Positions 25,864 through 35,552 of a stretch of DNA of 64,000 bases are shown here, piece by piece. The stretch is from an actinobacterium acAMD-2. Its GTDB lineage: Bacteria > Actinomycetota > Actinomycetes > UBA12327. The notes under the pieces were generated by a model that was not told where the DNA came from, did not search any database, and saw nothing but the letters and a program-made list of their open reading frames with translations. How positions within the stretch are numbered: position 1 is the stretch's first letter; every line of letters begins with the position of its first letter. The stretch covers positions 29,988-93,987 of the forward strand of contig JNSE01000031.1 in the NCBI GenBank assembly GCA_000754455.1. Reading direction: 5' to 3'. Made by a program: the position numbers and the translations under genes.

Positions 25864-27048
25864 ATGAGCCAGCCCCCCACCCTGCTGTCGGAGGCTGGAC
25901 GAGCCCTGGTTGACCAGTTCTTTCCCTACAACCCAGCCCGCGTGATGGCCGCCAGCCAGGCTGCCCGCGCCAACCATGATGCGGATCTCGTGGCCGCGGC
26001 CATGACCCAGGCCAAGCTGCGCACGCGCGCCGTTGAACGCTTGGGCCCGCAAGCCCAACACCTGTGGTTTACCGCCGACGGCCTCGAGCAAGCAACACGA
26101 CCGACTGTTGCCGCGTTGCGAGCCGCGCACTTTGTTGCCAGTGGCGCACACCGCATCGCGGACTTGGGATGTGGTTTGGGTTTTGATGCGATCGCGTTCG
26201 CCCAAGCTGGCATGTCTGTAGTTGCCGTTGAACGCGACGAAACTACCGCCGAGTATGCGCGCGCCAATATCACCGAGCTTGGTCTGTCTGAAAGCGTTGA
26301 GGTGTTAAACGTCGACGCGGTTTCTTTTGATGCTCTGGCTAACGGATGCGATGCCACTTTCGTCGATCCCGCTCGCCGGCTTAACGGTCAACGCGTGAAG
26401 GATCCTGCTCAGTGGAGCCCCTCGTGGTCCGATGCACTTCGCCTAGCCACCTCAACACCCATGGGTTGCCTCAAAGTCGCGCCAGGTATCGATCACGCCC
26501 TGCCACCCCTTAGCGCGACCACGTCCTGGATCAGCGATGGTGGAGATTTGGTCGAAGCCTGTGTGTGGTTAGGCGCAACAGCGACTGACCAGGTCACCAG
26601 AGAAGCCATGGTGCTCCCCAGCGGTCAGCGCGCCAATTCGCACGCCCTCCAGCCCGCCAGTGTGGGACCCATTTCTGCTTACGTGCTCGAACCTGACGAC
26701 GCGGTAATCCGAGCCGGCCTGGTTGAGCGAGTAAGTGACCTCGTGGGCGGCACGTTGATTGATCCGGCCATCGCCTACGTCACCTGCGACAGCGAGCCTG
26801 CGGCCTCACCGCTGTATGCACGGTTCGCCGTGATGGAGCACCTGCCCTTTTCGCTCAAGACCGTGCGTCACCGGCTTCGCGACCTTGGGGTGGGCACTCT
26901 TGAGGTCAAGAAGCGTGGGTTTGCCGTTGACCCGGAAAAATTCAGGCAGGACATGCGCTTGGAAAAAGGTGCCACGCAATCACTCACCGTGTTGCTCACT
27001 CGCATCGGCTCAGACCCCGTCGCCATCATCGCCAAGCGCTTGCCGTAA
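25864..27048 (+). CDS. class I SAM-dependent methyltransferase (THUMP-like C-terminal region possible)
   Basis: ORF 25846-27048; ATG at 25864. SAM motif I IADLGCGLGFDAIAFAQAG. Confidence 0.7.
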   Translation: MSQPPTLLSEAGRALVDQFFPYNPARVMAASQAARANHDADLVAAAMTQAKLRTRAVERLGPQAQHLWFTADGLEQATRPTVAALRAAHFVASGAHRIADLGCGLGFDAIAFAQAGMSVVAVERDETTAEYARANITELGLSESVEVLNVDAVSFDALANGCDATFVDPARRLNGQRVKDPAQWSPSWSDALRLATSTPMGCLKVAPGIDHALPPLSATTSWISDGGDLVEACVWLGATATDQVTREAMVLPSGQRANSHALQPASVGPISAYVLEPDDAVIRAGLVERVSDLVGGTLIDPAIAYVTCDSEPAASPLYARFAVMEHLPFSLKTVRHRLRDLGVGTLEVKKRGFAVDPEKFRQDMRLEKGATQSLTVLLTRIGSDPVAIIAKRLP

Positions 27049-27963
27049 CTACTTCACGTAGTCGGTTAATGATCCGATCTGCAGGTTGGCGGCATTGATG
27101 ATGCCTAACAACTTCTTCATATTCTTCACACCGTTAGTGGGCCGAAAGTGCAGCAAGATGATGTCACCGGGCACGAGTTTGGAACCGCTGCCGTAGTACA
27201 GCTTTGAACTAGGCATGGACGCACTCCACAAAACCATGGCATTCATCCCGCACTGATAAGCAACCGATCGCGTTGTTTGGTTGTACGCGCCATACGGAGG
27301 TCGCAAAAGAGTGGGCGTCTTTCCGAACAACCTCTTTTCCGTCGTCGCATTGCCACAAATCTGCTTGCGCTGGCCGGCGGCGGACAGCGTCTTCAAATTC
27401 GGGTGATTGACAGTGTGATTTTGAATCGATGAACCTTTAACCGTGGCAATGCTGGAGAAATACGATGGCTTTGCAGCTGCGGCGTTTGACACCAAGAACA
27501 TGGTCATCGGAATCTTGTTAGCCACGACGTAGGCCTTGAAGGCCGGATCTTTCGCATAACCGTCGTCGATCGTTAAAAACACCACCCGATCTCGTGTGTT
27601 AACCCGCGAGATGACCGGCACCATGCCGCCCTCAGCGCTCACCGAGGTCGCTGATGTGGGCTCGGGGGCAATGCCTACTTGCGGATCCATGGCCCCTTCT
27701 GCATCCGGTGGGCTGACGGCCTTCGGCGTGCTGGTTGTCCTTGGCTTGTCTTTGCCTTCTCCCTTGTCCTGCTCCGGTGCAGCTGTCGCTACTTCACGAT
27801 CGCGTACCACACCAGCAGAATCACTGGCGCTGGATGCCTTGCCGTTAGACAAGGATATTCCCAAGACAACGACCACCGCGAGAAAAATTGACGTTGTAAT
27901 CGACAGCCGAATTTGTCGGCTACGACGTCGTTGCGCTCGCGTGCGCGGCTTACTCTCACTCAT
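27049..27963 (-). CDS. membrane-anchored/secreted polysaccharide deacetylase (NodB homology domain)
   Basis: 304 aa. Basic N-terminus plus one TM (ITTSIFLAVVVVLGISL) and a low-complexity linker. NodB motifs VFLTIDDG and NHTVNHP. Confidence 0.75.
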   Translation of the reverse strand: MSESKPRTRAQRRRSRQIRLSITTSIFLAVVVVLGISLSNGKASSASDSAGVVRDREVATAAPEQDKGEGKDKPRTTSTPKAVSPPDAEGAMDPQVGIAPEPTSATSVSAEGGMVPVISRVNTRDRVVFLTIDDGYAKDPAFKAYVVANKIPMTMFLVSNAAAAKPSYFSSIATVKGSSIQNHTVNHPNLKTLSAAGQRKQICGNATTEKRLFGKTPTLLRPPYGAYNQTTRSVAYQCGMNAMVLWSASMPSSKLYYGSGSKLVPGDIILLHFRPTNGVKNMKKLLGIINAANLQIGSLTDYVK

Positions 27964-28225
27964 GGGTGTGGAAGTCCCATCCGTGCGCGCGTTCTATCGC
28001 ATCCGTCGAGATATCAGGATCGGTCCAGCCGCTTTCGTGTCCCCATCGAGTCAGGACAACAACGCGCGCAGGATTATCTGTCGGCGCGTCCGCTTCAGAG
28101 ACAAACACTTCCACCTGGTGCGCACCCGCAGCGTGAGCCGGTGCGGTGACCTGCGCGTTAACCCAGGTCAGGGCATCGCTGAGTCGGCCATCGGCCACTC
28201 GGGCTTCCCAAAACCGCACGCGCAT
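27956..28225 (-). CDS. hypothetical 89-aa protein (possibly small alpha+beta / ABM-like fold)
   Basis: ORF lies 14 nt after the tsaD stop and overlaps the deacetylase start by 8 nt, which suggests translational coupling. No motif recognised. Confidence 0.4.
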   Translation of the reverse strand: MRVRFWEARVADGRLSDALTWVNAQVTAPAHAAGAHQVEVFVSEADAPTDNPARVVVLTRWGHESGWTDPDISTDAIERAHGWDFHTHE

Positions 28226-28239
28226 TAGATCCTCCGCTC

Positions 28240-29283
28240 CTATCTGACCACAACGGTGACTGGCAATGCAGAATCCGCGCCAAAATCAGGGGCGGTAGGC
28301 GCAATTCCGCTGTCCACCAGGGCCGCACCTAAGGCCGCCACCATGGCTCCGTTGTCAGTACATAAACCTGGCCGAGGAATGCGCACACGGACACCCTGGG
28401 CTGACGCACGCTCGGTCACCATCGCTCGCAATCGCGAATTGGCAGCCACACCACCGGCAACCAGCAGATGTTCAATCCCCTGCTCTTGACACGCCAACAA
28501 CGCTTTGGTGACTAACACATCAACGACAGCTTCTTGGAATGAAGCGGCTACATCAGCAACGGGAACTGTTTCCCCCTCGCGCTGTTTAGCTTCGACCCAA
28601 CGAGCAACCGAGGTCTTTAATCCACTAAAGGAAAAGTCATAGCGGTGGTCGCGCATGTCATGGGCGGCAGTAAGCCCACGGGGAAACGCAATGGCATCGG
28701 CGGAACCGTCACGCGCGAGAACATCAAGATGCGGGCCACCAGGAAAAGGCAGACCCAGTAGGCGAGCAACCTTGTCAAAGGCTTCACCCGCAGCGTCATC
28801 AATGGTTGCACCCAACGGCTCGACATCGTGGGTTAGATCGTTGACTCGCAGAATGCTTGAATGCCCACCGCTGACCAGCATCGCGATGGCTGGTTGCGGT
28901 AAAGCTCCGTGTTCTAGCCGATCCACCGCCACATGGGCGGCCAAGTGGTTAACGCCATAGACCGGCTTATCCAGCGCCCAGCCCAGCGCCTTGCCTGCAG
29001 CCACCCCGACCAGCAATGCGCCAATCAGGCCTGGGCCTGACGTGACGGCAATGGCATCGACATCGTTCAGGCTGACGCCACCTTCGTGACACGCGCGCTC
29101 AATGGTGGCGGTCATGGCCTCCAAGTGCGCGCGACTGGCGATCTCAGGAACCACTCCGCCGAAGCGTTCATGCTCGGTCACACTGCTTGCGACTGCATCC
29201 GCCAAGAGGGTGGTTCCACGCACCAGCCCAACACCGGTTTCATCACATGAGGTTTCAATTCCCAACACCAATGCGTCACTCAT
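28240..29283 (-). CDS. tsaD: tRNA N6-adenosine threonylcarbamoyltransferase
   Basis: 347 aa: [17 protein letters not shown]..., HLEAM/HLAAH His motifs; part of the tsaE-tsaB-rimI-tsaD cluster. Confidence 0.95.
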   Translation of the reverse strand: MSDALVLGIETSCDETGVGLVRGTTLLADAVASSVTEHERFGGVVPEIASRAHLEAMTATIERACHEGGVSLNDVDAIAVTSGPGLIGALLVGVAAGKALGWALDKPVYGVNHLAAHVAVDRLEHGALPQPAIAMLVSGGHSSILRVNDLTHDVEPLGATIDDAAGEAFDKVARLLGLPFPGGPHLDVLARDGSADAIAFPRGLTAAHDMRDHRYDFSFSGLKTSVARWVEAKQREGETVPVADVAASFQEAVVDVLVTKALLACQEQGIEHLLVAGGVAANSRLRAMVTERASAQGVRVRIPRPGLCTDNGAMVAALGAALVDSGIAPTAPDFGADSALPVTVVVR

Positions 29284-29749
29284 GCTTCACCATCAATCGC
29301 ATCACGACGGCATCCACACCGGGTGCGTAATAGTCACGCCGAACATTGAGTTGCTCAAATCCATGCGCAAGATACATAGCGATTGCCGATGCGTTGTCGG
29401 ATCGGACTTCAAGAAACACCCGGCTCGATCCGCGGCTGCGAGCCGTGTCCAGCAGCGAGCGCAAAAGCAGTCGACCGATCCCCCGCCCTTGCGCATCGGG
29501 AGCGACAGCCACCGTCTGAATATCGGCATCCGAGCCGGCATTGAACAAACCCGCATATCCCACGATCCGCTCGTCGGAGTCCACAGCAACGATGTAACAA
29601 CGGGTGTGGGGAACCAAGGCAAGTTCAGCCCAAAAAGCTTCAGGACCCCAGGCATCGACGGGAAAAAGTTGCTGTTCAAGCGCGGCCACGCGCTGGACAT
29701 CAGACCAATGCATGGAACGAATCGTTGCCGACGTCACAGGCATCACCAC
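29276..29749 (-). CDS. rimI: ribosomal-protein-alanine N-acetyltransferase (GNAT)
   Basis: 157 aa. GNAT core [18 protein letters not shown]...[20 protein letters not shown]. Sits between tsaB and tsaD. Confidence 0.8.
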   Translation of the reverse strand: MVMPVTSATIRSMHWSDVQRVAALEQQLFPVDAWGPEAFWAELALVPHTRCYIVAVDSDERIVGYAGLFNAGSDADIQTVAVAPDAQGRGIGRLLLRSLLDTARSRGSSRVFLEVRSDNASAIAMYLAHGFEQLNVRRDYYAPGVDAVVMRLMVKHE

Positions 29750-30381
29750 ACCACCGGTTTCGGCTCCGTGGCATCAGGAGTGCGGACGTAGACCGGATCT
29801 GGACCAGTCACTTCACACGAACCAGCCACCAGTGCGCGTGCCATACCCGCAGCTGATGGCGCTGCATCAATGACGGTGCCAAAAATTGCCGGATAGGCGT
29901 GGGCAATATTGCCTACGATCGGGAGATCTCCCCAGGGTTGAGTGCGAAGGGTCTGGGGCGCATCGGCGCGCGGGCCATCCACCCGGACACCATCGACATA
30001 ACGCGCCCAAAAAACTTCGCGGCGGCGCGCATCAAGTGCAACGAGGAAATCCGATTCGGCGTCGCCGCGTTCGCGCGCGGCAATCGCCATCGCATCAAGT
30101 GTCATGATCCCGGCGCAGGGAATGTGCAGCGCAAGCGCCAAAGTGCGCGCTGTCACCAAGCCCACGCGCAGACCGGTAAACCCGCCAGGACCGGTACCCA
30201 CCACGATCCGGGTGATCTGGCTTGGCTCAATCCTCGCATCAGATAAGAGTTGATCAATCAAGACATTGAGCGTCTCCGCATGGCGGCGCTCCACCGCATT
30301 GACCTTTTCGCCCACAACGGCTGTTCCATCGTGCAGGGCAACACTGACCAGATCAGTTGAGGTATCCAGGGCCAGTAGCAC
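29743..30381 (-). CDS. tsaB: tRNA threonylcarbamoyladenosine biosynthesis protein TsaB
   Basis: 212 aa: MLLALDTSTDLVSVAL..., GTGPGGFTGLRVG motif. Confidence 0.85.
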   Translation of the reverse strand: MLLALDTSTDLVSVALHDGTAVVGEKVNAVERRHAETLNVLIDQLLSDARIEPSQITRIVVGTGPGGFTGLRVGLVTARTLALALHIPCAGIMTLDAMAIAARERGDAESDFLVALDARRREVFWARYVDGVRVDGPRADAPQTLRTQPWGDLPIVGNIAHAYPAIFGTVIDAAPSAAGMARALVAGSCEVTGPDPVYVRTPDATEPKPVVW

Positions 30382-30390
30382 GCGCTAAGG

Positions 30391-30840
30391 CTACGCCTTA
30401 GGGCTAAACCCACCGACTGCAGTGATGACAACGTGCCGCTGGTCATCACCTAATTCGTCGCCTCGCTCAATGGTGATCTCCAGCCGGCGATCAGCCAGCC
30501 CATGGGCAATCTGCGTTCCCCACTCAACGACGGTCACCGCATTGTCAGTATCGAGGTCAAGATCCTCAAGCTCCCAGGCCGATCCAACGCGGTAGGCATC
30601 AACATGAATCAGGTTTGGTGAGCCAGCATGTTCGCGCGCAATCACAAACGTGGGTGAGGTGATCGCACCACTCACATCGAGCGCCCTTCCCACACCTCGA
30701 GTAAACGTGGTTTTCCCTGCGCCGAGCGGGCCGCTCAACAAGATGACATCACCGGCACCAACCCACGTTGCCACTTCCGCGCCCAGCGCTTCCATCTCAG
30801 AAGCAGAGTTGACGATCACATCCCGCACAGCAGAAGTCAT
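30391..30840 (-). CDS. tsaE: tRNA threonylcarbamoyladenosine biosynthesis ATPase TsaE
   Basis: 149 aa. P-loop LSGPLGAGKTTFTRG and SPTFVI motif. Confidence 0.85.
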   Translation of the reverse strand: MTSAVRDVIVNSASEMEALGAEVATWVGAGDVILLSGPLGAGKTTFTRGVGRALDVSGAITSPTFVIAREHAGSPNLIHVDAYRVGSAWELEDLDLDTDNAVTVVEWGTQIAHGLADRRLEITIERGDELGDDQRHVVITAVGGFSPKA

Positions 30841-30842
30841 GA

Positions 30843-31430
30843 TCAGACCCCCACTCGATCAGCGACAACCGCAAAGTCTTCGCGCATCGCGGCCAGAGGC
30901 ATTCCACGCGGACCAAATCGCAAAGCTGCCGATGGGTGATACGTCACCATGAGTTCACGATCGCGCCACGACATGAGTTGACCATGAACTTCACCGATCT
31001 TCGTCGTTTTCCCCATCGCCCATTTAGCCGCGACCGAGCCCATCGCCACAACAACCAACGGGTTGATGAGCTCCACCTGGCGATCAATCCATGGCGCGCA
31101 ATTGGCAATCTCGCCAGCATGTGGCGTGCGGTTCTTTGGCGGTCGACACTTGACCACACTCGTGATCGCCACTGTGGCCCGCGACAGGCCGACCCCCTCA
31201 AGCACGCCGTCCAGTAGCTGGCCAGATTTGCCCACAAAGGGTTCGCCGGTTTCGTCCTCTTGGGCGCCTGGTGCTTCGCCCACCACGAGGACCTTGGCGC
31301 CCTTGGGATGGTGGCCAACGACCACCGTGGCGCGCGTTGCAGAAAGCCCGTCACACAAGACACACGATTGAGCTGCTGATACGAGTGCCTTGAGCGAGGA
31401 GGAATTCGCGCCTATCGAATCGGGTGCCAC
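30843..31430 (-). CDS. family 4 uracil-DNA glycosylase (Fe-S type)
   Basis: 195 aa. GEAPGAQEDETGEPFVGKSGQLL matches the family-4 GEAPG..E...G.PF.G..G motif. Cys residues CVLC...C...C fit a 4Fe-4S cluster. GTG start overlaps the upstream stop by 1 nt. Confidence 0.8.
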   Translation of the reverse strand: MAPDSIGANSSSLKALVSAAQSCVLCDGLSATRATVVVGHHPKGAKVLVVGEAPGAQEDETGEPFVGKSGQLLDGVLEGVGLSRATVAITSVVKCRPPKNRTPHAGEIANCAPWIDRQVELINPLVVVAMGSVAAKWAMGKTTKIGEVHGQLMSWRDRELMVTYHPSAALRFGPRGMPLAAMREDFAVVADRVGV

Positions 31431-32470
31431 TACGCATCCCCGAGTTGCACATGGTTGATCACATTGCGCACTTGAGCGACCAATTCATCGGGTGCTTCCA
31501 CCATGACCATGTGCCCCGTATGTGGCACAACGGTCAACGTTGCTTGCGGCATCAGCTCATGCAATTCCAGGCTCAGCGAAGCAGGTGTGACTCGATCCTG
31601 CTCACCCACGACGATGGCCACTTCTACCTTTTGTAACGCGAGGGCCTCTGATCGTAGGTCCAAGGACTCAAAAATTGGCACCATAGCTGCCAACACGTCA
31701 GGGGATACCTTTTCCAACATGGCAACGGTTTGCTTGATCGACTGCTTTGCCGAATGTGAACCAAAGAAGTAATGATCAGCTAGGGCGCCCACAAGACTTT
31801 GCGATGCTGACGAAGGTTGAGTAATTTCTGGATGCATCATCAACATTGTTGCCACAGGCTGGGCCAGGTGATGCACTGCTTGTCCGATCGGGCGAGCCGA
31901 CAGGAACTCATTTTGATCACCCGTACTAGCAGCTGTTGCTACCAACACCAATCCTCGGATGAGGGACCCAAATAATGCTGGTGAGCGTCCCGCTAGTTGC
32001 AAAATTTCCATGCCACCTAGGGAATGCGCCACCACGACAACGGGGTCTGCGTTAGCGAACTCGGAAATCACCTCTTCGAGGTCCTGGGCTAACCGATCCA
32101 GCGAATAACTGGCTACATCGCCGGCATCGGAATCACCATGGCCCCTGCGGTCAAACAACACGATGCGGTCAAGGTCTCGCAGTTCGTGGACCAGAGGAGC
32201 AAAGACACTGTGGTCGATTCCGTAGCCGGGAACCAAGACCACCGTGACGCAATCGTCGGTGCGATCGACCGGCTCGACAACTTCGACGAACAACCGGACG
32301 CCATCGCTCGTGGTGAACCACTGTGTCGTTCCGAAATGCGTCTCTTGCGATGACGCCGAATGTGTTTGTTCGTCGCCAGGGACCTCTACCCACTTGGATT
32401 CGCCTTGTTGCGCCTTTCGCACGGCCCCAGCACCAATTAATGCACTGGTGCGACTCAAACCAGACTTCAC
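31430..32470 (-). CDS. alpha/beta-fold hydrolase
   Basis: 346 aa. Nucleophile elbow VVAHSLGG and C-terminal His (GHMVMVE). GTGA overlap with the alr stop. Confidence 0.7.
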   Translation of the reverse strand: MKSGLSRTSALIGAGAVRKAQQGESKWVEVPGDEQTHSASSQETHFGTTQWFTTSDGVRLFVEVVEPVDRTDDCVTVVLVPGYGIDHSVFAPLVHELRDLDRIVLFDRRGHGDSDAGDVASYSLDRLAQDLEEVISEFANADPVVVVAHSLGGMEILQLAGRSPALFGSLIRGLVLVATAASTGDQNEFLSARPIGQAVHHLAQPVATMLMMHPEITQPSSASQSLVGALADHYFFGSHSAKQSIKQTVAMLEKVSPDVLAAMVPIFESLDLRSEALALQKVEVAIVVGEQDRVTPASLSLELHELMPQATLTVVPHTGHMVMVEAPDELVAQVRNVINHVQLGDA

Positions 32471-33621
32471 GCAGAGCCATCCGCGAAGACACGAGGTACC
32501 CGCACGCCAATACGCGTGACGATTTCGTAGCCAATAGTTCCGGTTACCTGAGCCCAGTCATCAGCCGTCGGCTCACCAGCTGCACCCGAGCCGAAGAACA
32601 CCACTTCATCGCCCTCGTGAACATCCGCGTCCCCGACGTCGATCATGATCTGGTCCATGCACACGCGACCTGCGACTACTTGACGCTCACCAGCGATAAC
32701 CAGGGGACCAACATTGCTCGCCCCCGTTGGAATACCGTCCGCGTAGCCCAACGGAACTAGTGCGATCGTGGTGTCGTGTGGCGTCACATAGTCGTGGCCG
32801 TACGAAATGCCTTGTCCAGCCGCGACCGGCTTAACCTGGGTGACAGCACCAGACAACTGCATGACTGGCTGTAGTCCCAATTCCTCAGCAGTTCCCACAG
32901 CCGCACCTGGTGATAAGCCATAGAGAGAAATTCCTGGGCGCACGAGGTCAAAGTGGGCCGATGGCGTGCGGAACGTCGCTGCACTGTTGGCCACATGCCG
33001 AAGCAAGGGTGTGATCCCTTGACGCTGAGCCTGCGCCACACCTTCGGCAAAGAGTTCTAATTGATGTTCAACAACGGGGTGGGCTGGTTGGTCAGCAAAA
33101 GCCAGGTGCGTCCACATCCCGATCACCTCAATGCTGTTCTCGCTCACAGCACGGCTGACTTCGTCAACCAGAAGGGACCACTCGGCCATTCCCGATCCAC
33201 CGCGCCCCATGCCGGTGTCTAATTTCAGGTGAATCTTTGCTGGAGTGCCGGACTCGGCGGCAGCAATCCGTGCGCACTCCAGGCCCTTAAGGCTCGACAC
33301 CGACACATCAACATCGCGTTCAACCAGCTCAATCCATTGCGCTGGCGAATCAGTTTGGAGTAACCACGCCAAGATCGCCGCATCAACACCATTGGCTCGC
33401 AGTTCGATAGCTTCCTCTGGAAGTGCTACACCTAGGTACGACGCACCCGCTGCTACCGCTGCACGAGAGCACTCGACCAGCCCATGCCCATAAGCATCGG
33501 CTTTGACCACCGCCATGAGTTGAGCTGTTGGTGCCGCCGAACGCAGCACCTCCACATTGCTTCGCAACGCAGCAAGGTCAATCCGTGCTTGTGCACGAGG
33601 GCGACCCACAGGCGTGTTCAT
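32467..33621 (-). CDS. alr: alanine racemase
   Basis: 384 aa. PLP-Lys motif AVVKADAYGHG and C-terminal YEIVTRIG. Confidence 0.95.
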   Translation of the reverse strand: MNTPVGRPRAQARIDLAALRSNVEVLRSAAPTAQLMAVVKADAYGHGLVECSRAAVAAGASYLGVALPEEAIELRANGVDAAILAWLLQTDSPAQWIELVERDVDVSVSSLKGLECARIAAAESGTPAKIHLKLDTGMGRGGSGMAEWSLLVDEVSRAVSENSIEVIGMWTHLAFADQPAHPVVEHQLELFAEGVAQAQRQGITPLLRHVANSAATFRTPSAHFDLVRPGISLYGLSPGAAVGTAEELGLQPVMQLSGAVTQVKPVAAGQGISYGHDYVTPHDTTIALVPLGYADGIPTGASNVGPLVIAGERQVVAGRVCMDQIMIDVGDADVHEGDEVVFFGSGAAGEPTADDWAQVTGTIGYEIVTRIGVRVPRVFADGSA

Positions 33622-33633
33622 CTGATCATTGTT

Positions 33634-35148
33634 TCAGGTTCGACTTCCACGGATGGCAGCCACGGCGTCGGGAAGCGCATCAGCTAGTTCCCGCGAGCGC
33701 AAGGGAGAGATCTCGCCCTTGCTGAGCAACTGTCCGGCCACGCCGTGGATAAAGGCCGCCATGGAGCCCGCCTCTCGGGGATCAAGCCCAGCAGCCAAAT
33801 ACGTGCCGGCTAGACCGCTCAGGACGTCCCCACTTCCGGCCGTGCCCAACCACGAGGTACCCGTGGAGTTTGCTCGTGTTGGGCGGCCGACATGTGCCAC
33901 CAAAGTGACGGGACCCTTTAACAAGACGGTGCAACCAAACCGAGCAGCAGCTTCGCGAACAAAGTGCAGTGGACGCGCTTCAACGTCGCTGCGCTCTACC
34001 GCCAGCAGACGCGCAAGCTCGCCGGCATGCGGAGTCATCAACGTGGCGACTGGACGTCGGCTGATGACTTGGACCAGGTCGGGATCCTGTGAGACAAGCG
34101 TCAAGGCATCAGCATCGAGCAGAACCGGAGATCCAGAATCCAACACTTCCTGAAGTAACGCCATGGAGTACTCATCGGTGCCAGCACCAGGTCCGATCAC
34201 CCAACTTTGCACCTGTCCAACCAGCCCAACCATTTGTGCTGCCATTTCCGGAACGGGGATATCGGGCAGTGGCATGGCAACGACTTCAGGAAACTCCTCA
34301 TGGACAAGCGCGATCACTGCTGCTGGCGCCAACAAGCGCACGTAGCCTGCACCCGCGCGGATCGCTCCGGCAACACACAGCACGGCTGCTCCAGGAAATG
34401 CCGAAGACCCGGCCACCACACCCACGACCCCACGACGGAACTTGTCACTGTCGGGGGCTGGGATCGGTAACCCTTCCACCACATCGCTGACTTGCAAGGC
34501 TTCGGCCACCGGCTCGGGCAACGTGGGATTTAATCCGATGTCCACCAGTTGAACTTTGCCGGCATAACCCGAACCAGGTTCAACGAGCAGTCCTGTCTTA
34601 TATGTCCCCATGCACACGGTGAGGTCTGCGGGTAAGGCCACACCATGGACCTCGCCGGTATCTGCGTCGACTCCGCTCGGGATATCAATGGCGATGACGA
34701 GCGCCTCATCAGGAATTTTTGCGACTACTGATGCAGCCGGTTCGCGCAAGCCACCAACACCACCGATTCCGACGATCCCATCAATGACTACTTCCGCGGT
34801 TTGCCACCATTGCTGTTCTTCCAGTCCATCCAATGCATCCGCGCCATGCACTCGACCCCCTGCAAGCAAGAGGGCATCCAGGTGGTCATGCGTAGTGGTC
34901 CCCAACAACACCGCATCCACGCGCGCGCCGCGCGTTGCTAAGTGGGAACCAGCCAGCAACGCGTCCCCACCGTTATCTCCACTGCCCACCAGCAGGACAA
35001 CACGTAAGCCATACGCGCCACCACCGACATCAACAACAGCGGACACTAGGCCTGTCGCCGCACGCTCCATCAACATTCCAGCAGGCAGGGTGTGCATCAG
35101 AGCCGCCTCAACGGCCCTGATGGACGCAACATCGTGCGCCCTACGCAC
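33634..35148 (-). CDS. nnr: bifunctional NAD(P)H-hydrate epimerase / ADP-dependent dehydratase
   Basis: ORF 33634-35184. YjeF_N part ([12 protein letters not shown]) plus carbohydrate-kinase part (GPGAG..., GSGDVLSG). The GTG at 35148 gives an 8-nt overlap with acpS instead of 44 nt. Confidence 0.85.
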   Translation of the reverse strand: MRRAHDVASIRAVEAALMHTLPAGMLMERAATGLVSAVVDVGGGAYGLRVVLLVGSGDNGGDALLAGSHLATRGARVDAVLLGTTTHDHLDALLLAGGRVHGADALDGLEEQQWWQTAEVVIDGIVGIGGVGGLREPAASVVAKIPDEALVIAIDIPSGVDADTGEVHGVALPADLTVCMGTYKTGLLVEPGSGYAGKVQLVDIGLNPTLPEPVAEALQVSDVVEGLPIPAPDSDKFRRGVVGVVAGSSAFPGAAVLCVAGAIRAGAGYVRLLAPAAVIALVHEEFPEVVAMPLPDIPVPEMAAQMVGLVGQVQSWVIGPGAGTDEYSMALLQEVLDSGSPVLLDADALTLVSQDPDLVQVISRRPVATLMTPHAGELARLLAVERSDVEARPLHFVREAAARFGCTVLLKGPVTLVAHVGRPTRANSTGTSWLGTAGSGDVLSGLAGTYLAAGLDPREAGSMAAFIHGVAGQLLSKGEISPLRSRELADALPDAVAAIRGSRT

Positions 35149-35494
35149 CCTCGGCCACCACCATCGCTGAGGCAATCCCGGCATCGTGGCTGATGGATAA
35201 GTGCAGGGAGGTGACTCCGAGCTTCTGGGCTAATTCCGCAACCGTCCCGTGAATGACAAACGAGGGTTTGCCTTCCGCATCGTTGTGGATTTCAGCATCA
35301 ACCCAGTGCAATCCGGCCGGAGCGCCCAGAGCTTTGGCCAACGCTTCCTTAGCAGCAAATCGTCCAGCAAGCGATCCCATCGCCACGTGCTGTTCCGACT
35401 CGGTAAACAAACGACCGCGCATGCTGGGAGTGCGCACGAGGGCTTGCTCGAAGCGGTCAATGCTGACCACATCAATCCCGATTCCGATGATCAC
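35141..35494 (-). CDS. acpS: holo-[acyl-carrier-protein] synthase
   Basis: ORF 35141-35524. The internal GTG at 35494 yields the canonical (M)[15 protein letters not shown]-terminus. Confidence 0.85.
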   Translation of the reverse strand: MIIGIGIDVVSIDRFEQALVRTPSMRGRLFTESEQHVAMGSLAGRFAAKEALAKALGAPAGLHWVDAEIHNDAEGKPSFVIHGTVAELAQKLGVTSLHLSISHDAGIASAMVVAEGA

Positions 35495-35552
35495 AGTGCT
35501 TACCCTACGACTTTCGCGCAACACCGGCAGAGAACTTCGCTTTTCTTAAGGA

